DNA of 64,000 nucleotides, from the IMG/VR virus record IMGVR_UViG_3300031087_000497; one strand, written 5' to 3'. The stretch comes from an uncultured virus (IMG/VR IMGVR_UViG_3300031087_000497). Taxonomy: Duplodnaviria > Heunggongvirae > Uroviricota > Caudoviricetes. Shown here piece after piece: positions 44,968 through 54,715 of the stretch (position 1 is the first letter of the stretch; every line of letters begins with the position of its first letter). Both the position numbers and the translations under genes were made by a program. A model generated the notes under the pieces. The model was not told the origin of the DNA. It saw only the letters and a program-made list of their open reading frames with translations, and did no database searches.

Positions 44968-45735
44968 GTGCGTATGCCAGATTTGAGCGGCAGTTTTATC
45001 CAGCAGAAAGAAGCGTTCGGCTGGTACATGGTCAAGTGGTTCAACGGGTTGTACACCGACACGGCTGCGCTGAAGGACTTTAGATCACGCCGTGTGGCCC
45101 AGGCCATTCAGTGGGCGCCGTCGCGTATGCTGGACCAAGCGGAAAAGATGCTGGAGCAATACCGCAAGAATGAGAACGGCCCGCCAGGCGCAACCACAAA
45201 GCTCCCGGTGGTGCTCCTTGCCACCGATGATGACTTTTTGGGTACAGGCGCCGACTTCGGTGGTCACCACACCGGTTTCGAACGCGTCCAGATCCTTGAG
45301 GGCGGTTCCTGGTATGACTACCGCCAGGATATGCACGACCGCCGCATTCAGGTAGCGGTCGTCGCCAGCGATATCGACACAGCAAAGTCGCTGGCGGCGC
45401 AACTAAGCGCCTACATGCAAGAGCCACATCACCGCTACCTGGACGCCAAGTACTCTTTCGGCCAATACATTGTCCCGGCGTCCATGCAGCTGGAGACGAA
45501 GCGCATCGATTGGATGAAGGTTGATACCGATCAGAAGAACATCAAGATTCTTGCCGCCGATATCGCGCTTAAGTGCGTTGTGCCCATCCTACGGGGTCCG
45601 AATGAGGACGAGCCAAACGATGGTACCGACAACATGCCACCGGGCTTCCCAGTGGTGAAGAAGGTGCACAACCTCCAGGGCATGGGCCACGATCTAAACC
45701 ACCTGGTGCCTGGCGATGAACGTATATCTGAGTGA
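44968..45735 (+). CDS. Tail/baseplate structural protein (P1 gp24-like)
   Basis: Position before hub and spike genes. Confidence 0.5.
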   Translation: MRMPDLSGSFIQQKEAFGWYMVKWFNGLYTDTAALKDFRSRRVAQAIQWAPSRMLDQAEKMLEQYRKNENGPPGATTKLPVVLLATDDDFLGTGADFGGHHTGFERVQILEGGSWYDYRQDMHDRRIQVAVVASDIDTAKSLAAQLSAYMQEPHHRYLDAKYSFGQYIVPASMQLETKRIDWMKVDTDQKNIKILAADIALKCVVPILRGPNEDEPNDGTDNMPPGFPVVKKVHNLQGMGHDLNHLVPGDERISE

Positions 45736-46615
45736 GAACAGCGATCAGCTGCCCACGGACGTTGTGATTCGCTGGGTTAGCCGATCGGACCTCACACCTG
45801 TACTACGGAACCTTGAGTTCACCGTCAAGCTGATCGACGGGCTGGAGGCCAAGCTAAGGCGTGGCGTCACCGTTTGGTCTGGCCGGGAGAACCTTCCGTA
45901 CAAGATCGTGAAAACGCAGCGCGAAAAGCCATTGGGAGAGGTTCAAGGCAAAAGCCAGCAGCAGGCCATGAGCGTGACCGCGTTGCTGGCCAGTTGCGCG
46001 CCGCTCGCTGAACCCCTGGCCCAGGCGGTGGTGCTACGTAACACACCGTTTTCGAACGTCCTGCGCAGTTGCGGGGCCCATTTACGCATTGGTAGCGACT
46101 TCGCTGTGCCTCGGTTCACCTGCTTTCGCGGACGACAGCCCAGTTACAGCGTCGTCAGGGTGCTCCAGGAAGAGGGGGCCGCCCTGGTGCTGATCAGCGG
46201 CAGATTACAGGTGATGCGCCTTACCGATATCGCCAAGCAGGCGCCGGTCGATGACATTGGCCAGGTCGATGCAAGCGCACGGATAGACAGCGAGTTTCTT
46301 GAACTTCAGCAGGTACCGAGCTGGTATAGCGTCAACGACTCAGGGGCGATCGTCACCGGCCAGATGGGAGAGTCGCGGGTGGTGAACTACATGCCCCGAG
46401 GCGATCTACGCCAATTGCGCAACGCTTCTTGCGTTCTGGTACGCAGCAAAACCGTGGACTCGCAGCAGTGCCAGCAGATCCAGGCAGGGAACGTGCTCAC
46501 CGTCGGTGGCGAGAACCTGGTAGTCATCACCGCCGCCCACGCAGCCATCCAGAAGACGGGGGCCATGGAAAGCTACAGCCGCCTTTGGTTGGGGAGATTG
46601 GTCAATGCTACCTAA
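45716..46615 (+). CDS. Baseplate hub protein (P1 gp6-like)
   Basis: RSDLTPV..LEFT, LQEEGA, VVITAAH; position. Confidence 0.6.
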   Translation: MNVYLSENSDQLPTDVVIRWVSRSDLTPVLRNLEFTVKLIDGLEAKLRRGVTVWSGRENLPYKIVKTQREKPLGEVQGKSQQQAMSVTALLASCAPLAEPLAQAVVLRNTPFSNVLRSCGAHLRIGSDFAVPRFTCFRGRQPSYSVVRVLQEEGAALVLISGRLQVMRLTDIAKQAPVDDIGQVDASARIDSEFLELQQVPSWYSVNDSGAIVTGQMGESRVVNYMPRGDLRQLRNASCVLVRSKTVDSQQCQQIQAGNVLTVGGENLVVITAAHAAIQKTGAMESYSRLWLGRLVNAT

Positions 46616-47078
46616 CTTGATACCCGCGTATGTGCGTTCCGTTGAAGGTAACCGCCAACGGCGGGAGATTCGCGTAGAGATATCGCCGTATACCGACGGC
46701 GCCAGTGAATGGCCAATCGCCGAGATGTGTTACCCGATTGGTGATGACTCCACTAACACGGAGATTCGTGTGGTGGTGGGAATGCCGGTATGGGTGGCCT
46801 TCCGCGGTGGTGATGAGCGCTATCCGATCATCATGGGCCACCGCCCGGTCAACGTTGGTAACGAGCAGTCCACCAGGCGCTGGGATCACGACAACTTTGA
46901 GTCGAATGCGGATGTGAACTACACGGTGAATGCCGGGAAAGACATCATAGTGAATGCAGGACAGAACGTATTGATCCAAGCCGGGGCCAAAATCACGCTC
47001 GTAGTGGGCGGTTCTACCTTGACCATCACCTCAGCAGAAATTGCCGCGATCGCGGGGAAAATCAACCTCAACGCATAG
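46605..47078 (+). CDS. Baseplate spike (gpV/gp5-like)
   Basis: VWVAFRGGDERYPIIMG OB-fold motif, beta-helix repeats, KINLN end. Confidence 0.85.
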   Translation: MLPNLIPAYVRSVEGNRQRREIRVEISPYTDGASEWPIAEMCYPIGDDSTNTEIRVVVGMPVWVAFRGGDERYPIIMGHRPVNVGNEQSTRRWDHDNFESNADVNYTVNAGKDIIVNAGQNVLIQAGAKITLVVGGSTLTITSAEIAAIAGKINLNA

Positions 47079-47087
47079 GGGGAACTC

Positions 47088-47351
47088 ATGCCAGGCATAG
47101 CACGCGTGGGCGTTGACACAGCAGGCGGAATCATCAAAGGGAACCTTGCCCCGACTGTGTTCGTGAACGGGGCCCCCATAGCCGTCAAAGGCGCCGACGT
47201 TACAGGTCATGGCGCTGGCGCACATGCGGGCCCGGTGATGGTGGGGGCCAGTGCTACAGTTTTCGCCCATGGTATTCCCGTTTGCAGAGCTGGTGACGCG
47301 GCAACGTGCGGTGATACGGCTACAGGCTCCGGCAACGTCTTTGCTGGATAG
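47088..47351 (+). CDS. PAAR-like spike tip protein
   Basis: IARVG, VFVNGAPIA, VCRAGDAATCG..GSGNVFAG. Confidence 0.9.
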   Translation: MPGIARVGVDTAGGIIKGNLAPTVFVNGAPIAVKGADVTGHGAGAHAGPVMVGASATVFAHGIPVCRAGDAATCGDTATGSGNVFAG

Positions 47352-47406
47352 TGTGATTTTGTACAGTCTGTATAAAAAAACATAACACTTGGAATGCTTC
47401 GTTCAC

Positions 47407-47446
47407 GCAAAGCGATCGTTTTTGCTGTTCGGATGGGCCTCACAAT
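47407..47446 (+). promoter_or_regulatory. Putative late promoter
   Basis: GCAAAGC-N27-CACAAT. Confidence 0.55.
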
Positions 47447-47477
47447 CATGTGTATCTCTACATGTGCCGAGGCCGTC

Positions 47478-48485
47478 ATGCCGCAAACCAATTCCCTAGA
47501 CTTTTCTTCGCCAGCGAGCGCAGAAAAGGCACTTAAAAAAGTTAGCCAACTGCTGGGCCGGGCCGGACAGCCTGTAGCCGGTTACGAATTCATCCAGAAA
47601 AAGCGGCGAACCGCAGATGTCAATTTTCAGGAAGCGTTTCTGACCCTGGTCAGCGGCCAAACGATCACGCTGCGGGTGAACGTTACAGGTGATATTTACC
47701 AGGTACTAATCAACAACTCGTTGAGGCCCCTGAAAGAGCACTCCGATACGGAAAAAGCCGTAGTTGAGATCGCCGCGCAGGCAGAAAAAAGCCAAGCCGC
47801 GTTCCAGAAGGCCCAGGCTCGCAAGGTTGTTGCGCTACCCAAGGGAATGGTCACCGCCAGGCCCAAGCTGGTCGAGGCGTTGCAACAGCAAGTAAGCGAG
47901 CTGGATACGCAGATCAGTGAGCGTCGAGCCACAATCTTGGAGCTACAGGCCAGGCTGGGGGCCGGGACAATGACCGACGGCGTACAGAACGAGCTGCCCA
48001 ATCTCGGCGTTGAGGCGGGCGAAGTCGAAGCCTTGTTGAACCTGGCCAGCACCTATGTGGCTGCGCGAGAACTAGCTGCCGCCACCGGTATCTTGCTCGA
48101 TGACGCGTCTACGGACGGGGCGAAGGCGTATCTACAGATCGGGCTGGAAGTGGTCGAAACCAATGGCCCCATCAGCTTGGAAGAAGGCAACGTAGAACAG
48201 GCCCGCCTGCAACTGCGCATGGTCGAATCATTCAAGGCAGCTATTGCGATGCTCGACAGTGCCAACGATCGACAGATGGACGACAAGGCGCTGGAGCAGC
48301 TGGTGGCCATCGCCCAAGCGTCAGCCGCGTCAGAAGATGAGATAGCGGACCAGACTGCTTTGGCGACCTTGCTGGCGCTGTCAATGGTTGACGTCGCCGA
48401 AGGAATTTATTTCCTGAGCGAAAAGGGTCGCCAACACCTCAACGACAACGGTTACGACGCCTACGGGGAGCCTTTCGCAGAGTAG
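47478..48485 (+). CDS. Hdf/DarA-N-like head protein
   Basis: SGQTITLRVNVTGDIYQVLIN resembles the DarA N-terminal fold; coiled coil. Confidence 0.6.
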   Translation: MPQTNSLDFSSPASAEKALKKVSQLLGRAGQPVAGYEFIQKKRRTADVNFQEAFLTLVSGQTITLRVNVTGDIYQVLINNSLRPLKEHSDTEKAVVEIAAQAEKSQAAFQKAQARKVVALPKGMVTARPKLVEALQQQVSELDTQISERRATILELQARLGAGTMTDGVQNELPNLGVEAGEVEALLNLASTYVAARELAAATGILLDDASTDGAKAYLQIGLEVVETNGPISLEEGNVEQARLQLRMVESFKAAIAMLDSANDRQMDDKALEQLVAIAQASAASEDEIADQTALATLLALSMVDVAEGIYFLSEKGRQHLNDNGYDAYGEPFAE

Positions 48486-48661
48486 TCCGAAGGAAGCCGC
48501 GATGGGGTGAGGTGAGATTGCGGAGTTAAATATGTCGAAAACATTATATTTTTGATGTTTAATCGTTCCCGACTTGTACGGGGATAGTTTATGTCGATCC
48601 AAAAACGTCCACAACAACACGGCAGGAAATACTCCCAGCTGGGCTGGGCCGGGGGTGCCCG

Positions 48662-48853
48662 ATGATGCTCTTGGCAAATAACCAGATTGATGAGCGGGAT
48701 CTAATTGCGTTCGTAATGCGCAGTATGCGCCCTTGTAAACGCCCGCAGGTGCGCTGGATTTTGGTGCGCGACACCTTTGGGGTTGGTTCGACGGTGGCTT
48801 ATGCAATGTGCCGCGAGTTCAACCTGGACCCCGAAGAGAAGATGACCCCATGA
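48662..48853 (+). CDS. Hypothetical protein
   Basis: RW..V.DTFGVGST.A..MCREF.LDP. Confidence 0.6.
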   Translation: MMLLANNQIDERDLIAFVMRSMRPCKRPQVRWILVRDTFGVGSTVAYAMCREFNLDPEEKMTP

Positions 48854-49188
48854 CACTCCCGCCGCTCATAAGCTCGCAGCGTTATCTAAGTCCCGAGGCC
48901 GTCCAACGCAAAGCTGCCAAGTTCAAGGTGTTCGCGGTTAGCACGGTGACTCTGGAGCTATTGGGCAAGCAATACCGGGTGCTGCTCGACGGACACCACA
49001 ATCTGGCAGCAGCACGCCTGGTGGGCGTTGAGCCTCAGTGGCGCGGCCCGTCGCCCAAGATGCAGCGCTTGATTCGACGCACGCCAAAAGCCGACTTGGC
49101 CCGCTTTCTCATCAACAATCTGACCGACAGTGACTGGTACTTCATTGATTCCGGCGCCGTGGTGCAAGAGTTACTGGATTTCGTCTGA
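48850..49188 (+). CDS. ParB/Srx-like domain protein
   Basis: VLLDGHHNLAAA. Confidence 0.7.
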   Translation: MTLPPLISSQRYLSPEAVQRKAAKFKVFAVSTVTLELLGKQYRVLLDGHHNLAAARLVGVEPQWRGPSPKMQRLIRRTPKADLARFLINNLTDSDWYFIDSGAVVQELLDFV

Positions 49189-49248
49189 TCCTCCAGTGGA
49201 TAGGCGCCGTTTCTGATTTTCACCTACCCGCATAAATGGTCATTAAAC

Positions 49249-49271
49249 AATAGTGTTTTAGTTATGTTTAT
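49249..49271 (-). promoter_or_regulatory. Putative repressor operator
   Basis: Reverse complement ATAAACATAACTAAAACACTATT. Confidence 0.5.
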
Positions 49272-49311
49272 AAGTCTCTAAGTCCGGGGATGTTTTTTGA
49301 GGTGAAATGAA

Positions 49312-49698
49312 ATGCTGCTCATGTCAGAGGCCCGTATTACGTTGAACGCGATCGCCAATCACCTGGCCCGCTACAGCTATCGGTACAGCAGTGAAGAGCT
49401 GTTGCACGCGGCATTGTCGAAAGTCCTGGAAACGCATGGCTTTGACTTCAAACACGAGCATGTCCTGGACGCGCGCAACCGCGTGGACTTCTGGATCAAC
49501 GGCATTGTGATCGAGGTCAAGGTAGACGGCTCCATGCCCGACGCGCTGCGCCAAGTGGATCGCTATATCAACTTACCGAGCGTCCAGGGCGTAATTCTGG
49601 CCGGTACACCGCGCTGGGCTGCGCAAGAGCTGGTGCAAAAGCCTGTGTGGAAGGACAAACCGTTTCAGATGATCAGGCTGGAGAGGCAGTACCTATGA
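49312..49698 (+). CDS. PD-(D/E)XK-type nuclease-fold protein
   Basis: RVDFWINGIVIEVK..QVDRY. Confidence 0.75.
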   Translation: MLLMSEARITLNAIANHLARYSYRYSSEELLHAALSKVLETHGFDFKHEHVLDARNRVDFWINGIVIEVKVDGSMPDALRQVDRYINLPSVQGVILAGTPRWAAQELVQKPVWKDKPFQMIRLERQYL

Positions 49699-51440
49699 AT
49701 TACGGTGAGATTCGGTTTGACACCCGTAGCTGGCACATCAAGTGCGAGCCGCAGGTACGCTCTCGACTCAAACGAGTGTTCCCGCGAATGTCGCAACGCG
49801 CTGCTGACGTGGTGGAGTTGCTGGCCAGCCCTGAGAATAGCCGTGAGTTGCTGTGGTTTCTCCAGCGCTACCCTATGGAAATTGAACAGGGTTTATCCAA
49901 AAGGCTGGAAAGCCTTGCTTCGCAGCATGTGCAAATGGAAACGAGCCTGGCTGACCTTGTAGCTGGGCGTTTGGAGTTGCCGCCCTTTGAGTTGGCCAAA
50001 CCGCCGCGTGAGTATCAGCGTTTTGCAGCGGCCCAGGTAGAAATCCGAGGTGGGTTGTTGCTTGCCGACGACCTGGGACTGGGTAAGACGGTCACTGGTA
50101 TTTGCCCGATGGCCATCCCTGCAAATTTGCCCGCAGTGGTGGTTTATCCAGCATCTTTGCCGAATCACTGGCCGGAAAAACTGGCTGAATTTGCACCTCA
50201 TCTGCGTGTACACCACATCCGCAAAGGTCAGCCCTATTCGTTGATCAAACAGCCACGGCAACGCGTGGCGGACCTTTGGGACACCCTGCCCGATGTGATC
50301 CTTGTGAGTTATCACAAACTTCGGGGTTGGGCCGAAACGTTGGCTGAAATTGTTCAGTACACCGTGTTTGAGGAATGCCAGCAGTTGCGCAACTCCGGTA
50401 GTGACATCTATCGCGCCTGTGAGTACTTGGCAGCCCGCTCCAGACTGCGCCAGGGGCTCACCGCTACCCCAATATACAACTACGGGGGCGAGTTCTATCA
50501 CGTTGTGAACGTGTTGATACCAGACGCGCTAGGTAGCTACGACGAGTTCCTGCGTGAGTGGTGCGTTGGCGGGATGGGCGAGAAACCTAAACTCAAGGAC
50601 GCGGAGCTGTTTGGCAGTTACTTGCGTCGTGAGGGGATCATGCTGCGCCGTACACGCAAGGAAGTTGGCCGTGAGCTGCCCGAACTGTCGAAGATCCCCC
50701 ACGAGATTGAATCCGACTCCGCAGTGCTGGAGAGTATAACCGGCGATGCGGTGGCGCTGGCCAAGACGATCCTGGCCAGCAACGAGACCTATCGTGGTCA
50801 GAAGATGCAGGCGGCAGGGGAATTGGATGTCCTGGTGCGTCACGCAACGGGCGTTGCAAAGGCTCCCTACGTTGCGGAGTTCGTCAAACTGCTGTTGGAA
50901 AGCGGCGAACAAGTACTGCTCTTTGGTTGGCACCGTGACGTGTACAAGATTTGGGCGGAAAAGCTGTCCGAGTACAACCCATGCCTTTACACGGGCAGTG
51001 AGTCACCGACGCAGAAGCAAGCCGCCAAAGACGCTTTTATTCGGGGAGAAAGTCGCGTGATGCTGATCAGCCTACGCGCTGGTGCGGGTATAGATGGCTT
51101 GCAGCACTGTTGCAGCACCGTTGTGTTTGGCGAGTTGGATTGGTCGCCAGGTGTGCACGAACAGTGCACAGGCCGCGTGCACCGCGATGGCCAACAGGAA
51201 CCGGTAATGGCGTATTTCCTGATATCGGACGAAGGCAGTGACCCAATTGTTTCTGACGTGCTGGGTGTGAAGCGTGAACAGATCGAGGGGGTGCGTAACC
51301 CGGACGACGATTTGATTCAGCGACTGGACGTTGGCGGTAACAAGCTGCGTGACCTTGCGCAGAAATTCTTGAAAGACAACAACGCGCTGCCAGACGTGAA
51401 CGTTCATACACCAATTCGTCGTGATTTGGAGCCCGTATGA
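49695..51440 (+). CDS. SNF2-family helicase/ATPase
   Basis: LLADDLGLGKT, LTATPI, LRRTRKEV, GAGIDGLQ, QCTGRVHRDGQ. Confidence 0.9.
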   Translation: MNYGEIRFDTRSWHIKCEPQVRSRLKRVFPRMSQRAADVVELLASPENSRELLWFLQRYPMEIEQGLSKRLESLASQHVQMETSLADLVAGRLELPPFELAKPPREYQRFAAAQVEIRGGLLLADDLGLGKTVTGICPMAIPANLPAVVVYPASLPNHWPEKLAEFAPHLRVHHIRKGQPYSLIKQPRQRVADLWDTLPDVILVSYHKLRGWAETLAEIVQYTVFEECQQLRNSGSDIYRACEYLAARSRLRQGLTATPIYNYGGEFYHVVNVLIPDALGSYDEFLREWCVGGMGEKPKLKDAELFGSYLRREGIMLRRTRKEVGRELPELSKIPHEIESDSAVLESITGDAVALAKTILASNETYRGQKMQAAGELDVLVRHATGVAKAPYVAEFVKLLLESGEQVLLFGWHRDVYKIWAEKLSEYNPCLYTGSESPTQKQAAKDAFIRGESRVMLISLRAGAGIDGLQHCCSTVVFGELDWSPGVHEQCTGRVHRDGQQEPVMAYFLISDEGSDPIVSDVLGVKREQIEGVRNPDDDLIQRLDVGGNKLRDLAQKFLKDNNALPDVNVHTPIRRDLEPV

Positions 51441-51838
51441 AGACTTTGAGTATTCGTCAGCCCTGGGCCTGGTTGATTGTGCATGGTGGTAAGGACATCG
51501 AAAACCGTTCATGGCACACAAAATATCGCGGGCGGTTTCTGGTACATGCCAGTAACGGTATGACCAAACGGGAATATGCGTTCGCCGCTGAGTATGCAAA
51601 GCGTTTGGGCGTAATTGTCCCACCGGCAAATCAGTTGCTGCTCGGTGGAGTGATTGGTTCAGTAGAACTGATCGACTGCCTGGCGGCTCACAAGTCTCAG
51701 TGGTACATGCCGGGCAACAAAGCTTTCGTCTTGCGCGAGCCGCGAGCGCTTCCCTTCCATTCCACCCCTGGCCGTTTGGGGTTCTTTGATGCACCAGACG
51801 CTTTTGCTGCCAACTGCAAGGAATGTGTTTCTCTATGA
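51437..51838 (+). CDS. ASCH-domain protein
   Basis: LSIRQPWAWLIVHGGKDIENRSW. Confidence 0.92.
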   Translation: MKTLSIRQPWAWLIVHGGKDIENRSWHTKYRGRFLVHASNGMTKREYAFAAEYAKRLGVIVPPANQLLLGGVIGSVELIDCLAAHKSQWYMPGNKAFVLREPRALPFHSTPGRLGFFDAPDAFAANCKECVSL

Positions 51839-51967
51839 AAACCCCTATTTATTGCCGCACAAGCGGCCTCAAAGCTGATGTATGCACCTGTTACCGCTGC
51901 CGTCCAGTTAGTCAGGACAGCACGCTGATCCTGGTGCGGCGCGAGGTCTCCAAACCAAGCCTGTAGG

Positions 51968-52289
51968 GATTTAAAAGTTTTAAAGGGATTTAATACTAAG
52001 ATTTAGCGGATGTTGATAAACCCTTTGAGCCCTTCTACTACGTGCGTTTGAGCCTGTGTACAACCCTGTGGGCGGGTGGGTAATTTACTGAAAAGGGTGG
52101 GTAAATTACTGATTCTGGTGGGTGTAATACGGCTATCGGTGGGTAAATTACGTTTTTGCCTGTTGCTGGTGGGTAAATTACGGGATTAAGGGCTTATGCC
52201 TGTGCGTAGGTGTCTAAATTACGACATTAAGGTCAGTAATTACGGGCCTTTGATCGAAACGATGCAGGCGATTCCGTAATTTACCCACC
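51968..52289 (+). repeat. Iteron-containing plasmid origin
   Basis: AT-rich tract, then GGTGGGTAAATTAC-type iterons at 52075, 52096, 52117, 52138 (21-bp period), 52168, degenerate 52209 and 52231, inverted 52276. Confidence 0.88.
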
Positions 52290-52409
52290 AGCCGAAATGA
52301 CCGCACAACCACCGCACAGTATCTCGTTCCGGCCAAAGACCTTATCATCACGCGATTATTTGATCACCAGCGTGACGATACGGATCGCTTCACTTTGACA
52401 GGATTCACC

Positions 52410-53480
52410 ATGACATCTGACAAGCCCCCTGCGAAAAGCCCAAACAAGCATGAACAGAGGATTGCGCAGATTAAGTCAAAGGCACCGCAGGGTGATTTGT
52501 TGCCACCGGAGGAAACAACGTCCAGTGTCGAGCCTGTCGCAGACGTTAAAGCCAAGCCCCCTGCCGCGAAGGCAAGCCGCCGTAAACAGGCGGTAGGTAC
52601 CACCCAGGGAGACTTTTTCACGCCTGTGCTTTACGACGTTGGCGCTCGGGACAGTCGGGGCGTGATGGATGTCGCGGTATTCCGACTGTCGAAGAAGAAT
52701 AAACGAGCCAACTCAGTTATCCGGTATGACCTTCCTGATGGCCATGTCGAGGTGTCGTCTGGTCCCTACGGCATGGCGTCAGTTTGGGACTATGACATTG
52801 TGCTCATGGCGGTCTCTCATCTCACCGAGGCAATGAACCGGTACCGGGATGGCAAGGGTGACAAGCCTTCGCAGTACTTTCGACCTCATATCGGTGACGT
52901 CCTGAAATTTTGTCGCAAGGACAATGGGGGCAATCAGAAAGACGCAGTGGTGGGCGCGCTTCAGCGGCTTAGCACCACCTTTGTAGGTATCGAGCGAACC
53001 AACATGTTGCGCAACAAGCTGATGACCGTCACCGAGGGCGAGAACCTGATTGGTCCGTTCAGGGCGATCAGCAACGCTAAAGACAAAGTTGAATATATCG
53101 AAATAAAAATTGCTGACTGGATGTATCAGGAGATCACCCAGGGCACGAAGCCGGATGTACTGACGGTCCACCCTGACTACTTCTTGCGGGAGTCGGGTAT
53201 AAGTCGCTTCATCTACCGGTTGGCGCGCAAGGCTGCTGGCAAGGACACCGCCGCGTGGGGGTTCAGGACTATCTACGAGCGTAGCGGCAGTGAAGGTAGC
53301 CTTAAGGAGTTCACTCGATCGTTACGAGAGATCATTGCGGCTGATGACCTGCCCGAATACTCACTGGCGGAAGAGGACGGCCAGGTTGGGCCTGTGTTGC
53401 GGATGGTCCACCGCTCTCAAATCAACAATTGGAAGGAAACCCCACCTGTCGATGCCCCGCCAGCGCCTGAGCAGGATTAG
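52410..53480 (+). CDS. Plasmid replication initiator protein (RPA-type winged helix)
   Basis: FRLSK, GMASVWDYDI, ALQRLSTT, VLTVHPDYF, FIYRLARK; adjacent iterons. Confidence 0.88.
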   Translation: MTSDKPPAKSPNKHEQRIAQIKSKAPQGDLLPPEETTSSVEPVADVKAKPPAAKASRRKQAVGTTQGDFFTPVLYDVGARDSRGVMDVAVFRLSKKNKRANSVIRYDLPDGHVEVSSGPYGMASVWDYDIVLMAVSHLTEAMNRYRDGKGDKPSQYFRPHIGDVLKFCRKDNGGNQKDAVVGALQRLSTTFVGIERTNMLRNKLMTVTEGENLIGPFRAISNAKDKVEYIEIKIADWMYQEITQGTKPDVLTVHPDYFLRESGISRFIYRLARKAAGKDTAAWGFRTIYERSGSEGSLKEFTRSLREIIAADDLPEYSLAEEDGQVGPVLRMVHRSQINNWKETPPVDAPPAPEQD

Positions 53481-53920
53481 ATCCTCAGTAAATCAAACCA
53501 TTCGTCGCAGGCGTCGTCTGCGACATTGATTGCCAGCTGGCGCTGCTGAAAATGCACAAGCGCCAGGACCGCTACCTCCCCGTTGGTAAGGTCAGACGGC
53601 AGCCGGTACTTCTGCCCCTTGTCGTCCACGCCATCTGTTTCAACCCTCGGCGTGAACCTGGACGATTCATCAGAAAAAATTAAGGTCTCGTTGCCCTCCC
53701 CGATTCGAAAGTCGCGAACGGCTTGTTCCCAGTGGTCCTCTGTGAACAGGCTGTCGTAGGCGTCTGACCGCGTGTTGGTGACAAAAGCGTATCCCTCGTC
53801 GGCAATCTCCCTGAAAACAACATGTTTCACTACCGCCAGTACCCCCGTAGCCGGGTCCAGGAAGGCAATGAGTGTCGTCCTTTCGCCGCTGTATCCGCTG
53901 ATGGAAGCCATAATATCCAT
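53477..53920 (-). CDS. Hypothetical protein (possibly P1 UpfA-like)
   Basis: Convergent with rep; LTNGEVAVLA. Confidence 0.6.
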   Translation of the reverse strand: MDIMASISGYSGERTTLIAFLDPATGVLAVVKHVVFREIADEGYAFVTNTRSDAYDSLFTEDHWEQAVRDFRIGEGNETLIFSDESSRFTPRVETDGVDDKGQKYRLPSDLTNGEVAVLALVHFQQRQLAINVADDACDEWFDLLRI

Positions 53921-53930
53921 TGCAAATCCT

Positions 53931-53953
53931 CATAAAATACATAAAACGCTATT
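53931..53953 (+). promoter_or_regulatory. Putative repressor operator
   Basis: CATAAAATACATAAAACGCTATT in a divergent AT-rich intergenic region. Confidence 0.6.
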
Positions 53954-54033
53954 TTTAAGTGTTGCCAAATAAACAATAAAACTATAACTTTATTTTCGTC
54001 GAAGGTTACGACTGAAACGAAAAGGAAAAAGTT

Positions 54034-54258
54034 ATGCGCAAGCTTTTTGAGCGGCTACCGCGACCGTTTTATATGGGTGTCTTGATTGGGGGGTTGGTCA
54101 CCGGCTATGGCTGGGTAGGCGACTCAGACTACCAGGAAGCGCTGGCCGGTGCGGCGTTCTATTGCCAAATGGCAGGCAACGGCGATTGGCCACCGCGCCC
54201 TGAATTGAATTGCCCGGCACCAAAAGTTGAGCCGATTGAGCGACTTGTTGGCCTGTGA
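54034..54258 (+). CDS. Small membrane protein
   Basis: Hydrophobic segment, YCQM..WP. Confidence 0.6.
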   Translation: MRKLFERLPRPFYMGVLIGGLVTGYGWVGDSDYQEALAGAAFYCQMAGNGDWPPRPELNCPAPKVEPIERLVGL

Positions 54259-54408
54259 TCGTATGGTAATCGTAAGCCAGAAATATGCCATATCATCCCC
54301 GTACCATGCTGATATGCGCTGAATACATGCTGGAAGCCCGAACCTTGGCGCTTACGCTCACTGTGATTTATCATAACGACACCAAGTCCACATATCACAG
54401 GAGCTACC

Positions 54409-54588
54409 ATGGCGGCGAAAGGCAAAGAGTCATCGACGGATGCGGGGAAAGTGCGCATTGCTTTCTGGATGGACGAAGCCCTGGCTGAAAAGGTGCGTGC
54501 TCTGGCGTTTGAGGACAATGTGTCGAATTCCAAAATCGTGAGCGACCTGGTGCAGGCTGCGCGCGAGCCCAAGGTAAAGCGCGGCTGA
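54409..54588 (+). CDS. Ribbon-helix-helix (CopG-like) protein, 59 aa
   Basis: AGGAG RBS; VRIAFWMDEALAEKVRALAFEDNVSNSKIVSDLV. Confidence 0.7.
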   Translation: MAAKGKESSTDAGKVRIAFWMDEALAEKVRALAFEDNVSNSKIVSDLVQAAREPKVKRG

Positions 54589-54607
54589 TTGCGATCGCTT
54601 TATCCTC

Positions 54608-54633
54608 AAAGGCGCCGATGTGGCGCCTTTTTT
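54608..54633 (+). terminator. Intrinsic terminator
   Basis: AAAGGCGCC-gatgt-GGCGCCTTTTTT. Confidence 0.75.
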
Positions 54634-54648
54634 ACGTCTGTGGGGTAT

Positions 54649-54689
54649 GAAAACCACCATCAGCCCCCCGCTGATCACCGGGGTATCGT
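54649..54689 (+). promoter_or_regulatory. Putative late promoter
   Basis: GAAAACC-N28-TATCGT. Confidence 0.6.
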
Positions 54690-54715
54690 GAGGCTTTCCA
54701 GCGGAGCCCCGTGAA

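Noticed and set aside
47351..47383. Two adjacent near-LexA boxes (GTGTGATTTTGTACAG, CTGTATAAAAAAACAT)
   Set aside because: Each has a mismatch in the invariant CTG/CAG triplets; not supportable without an assay
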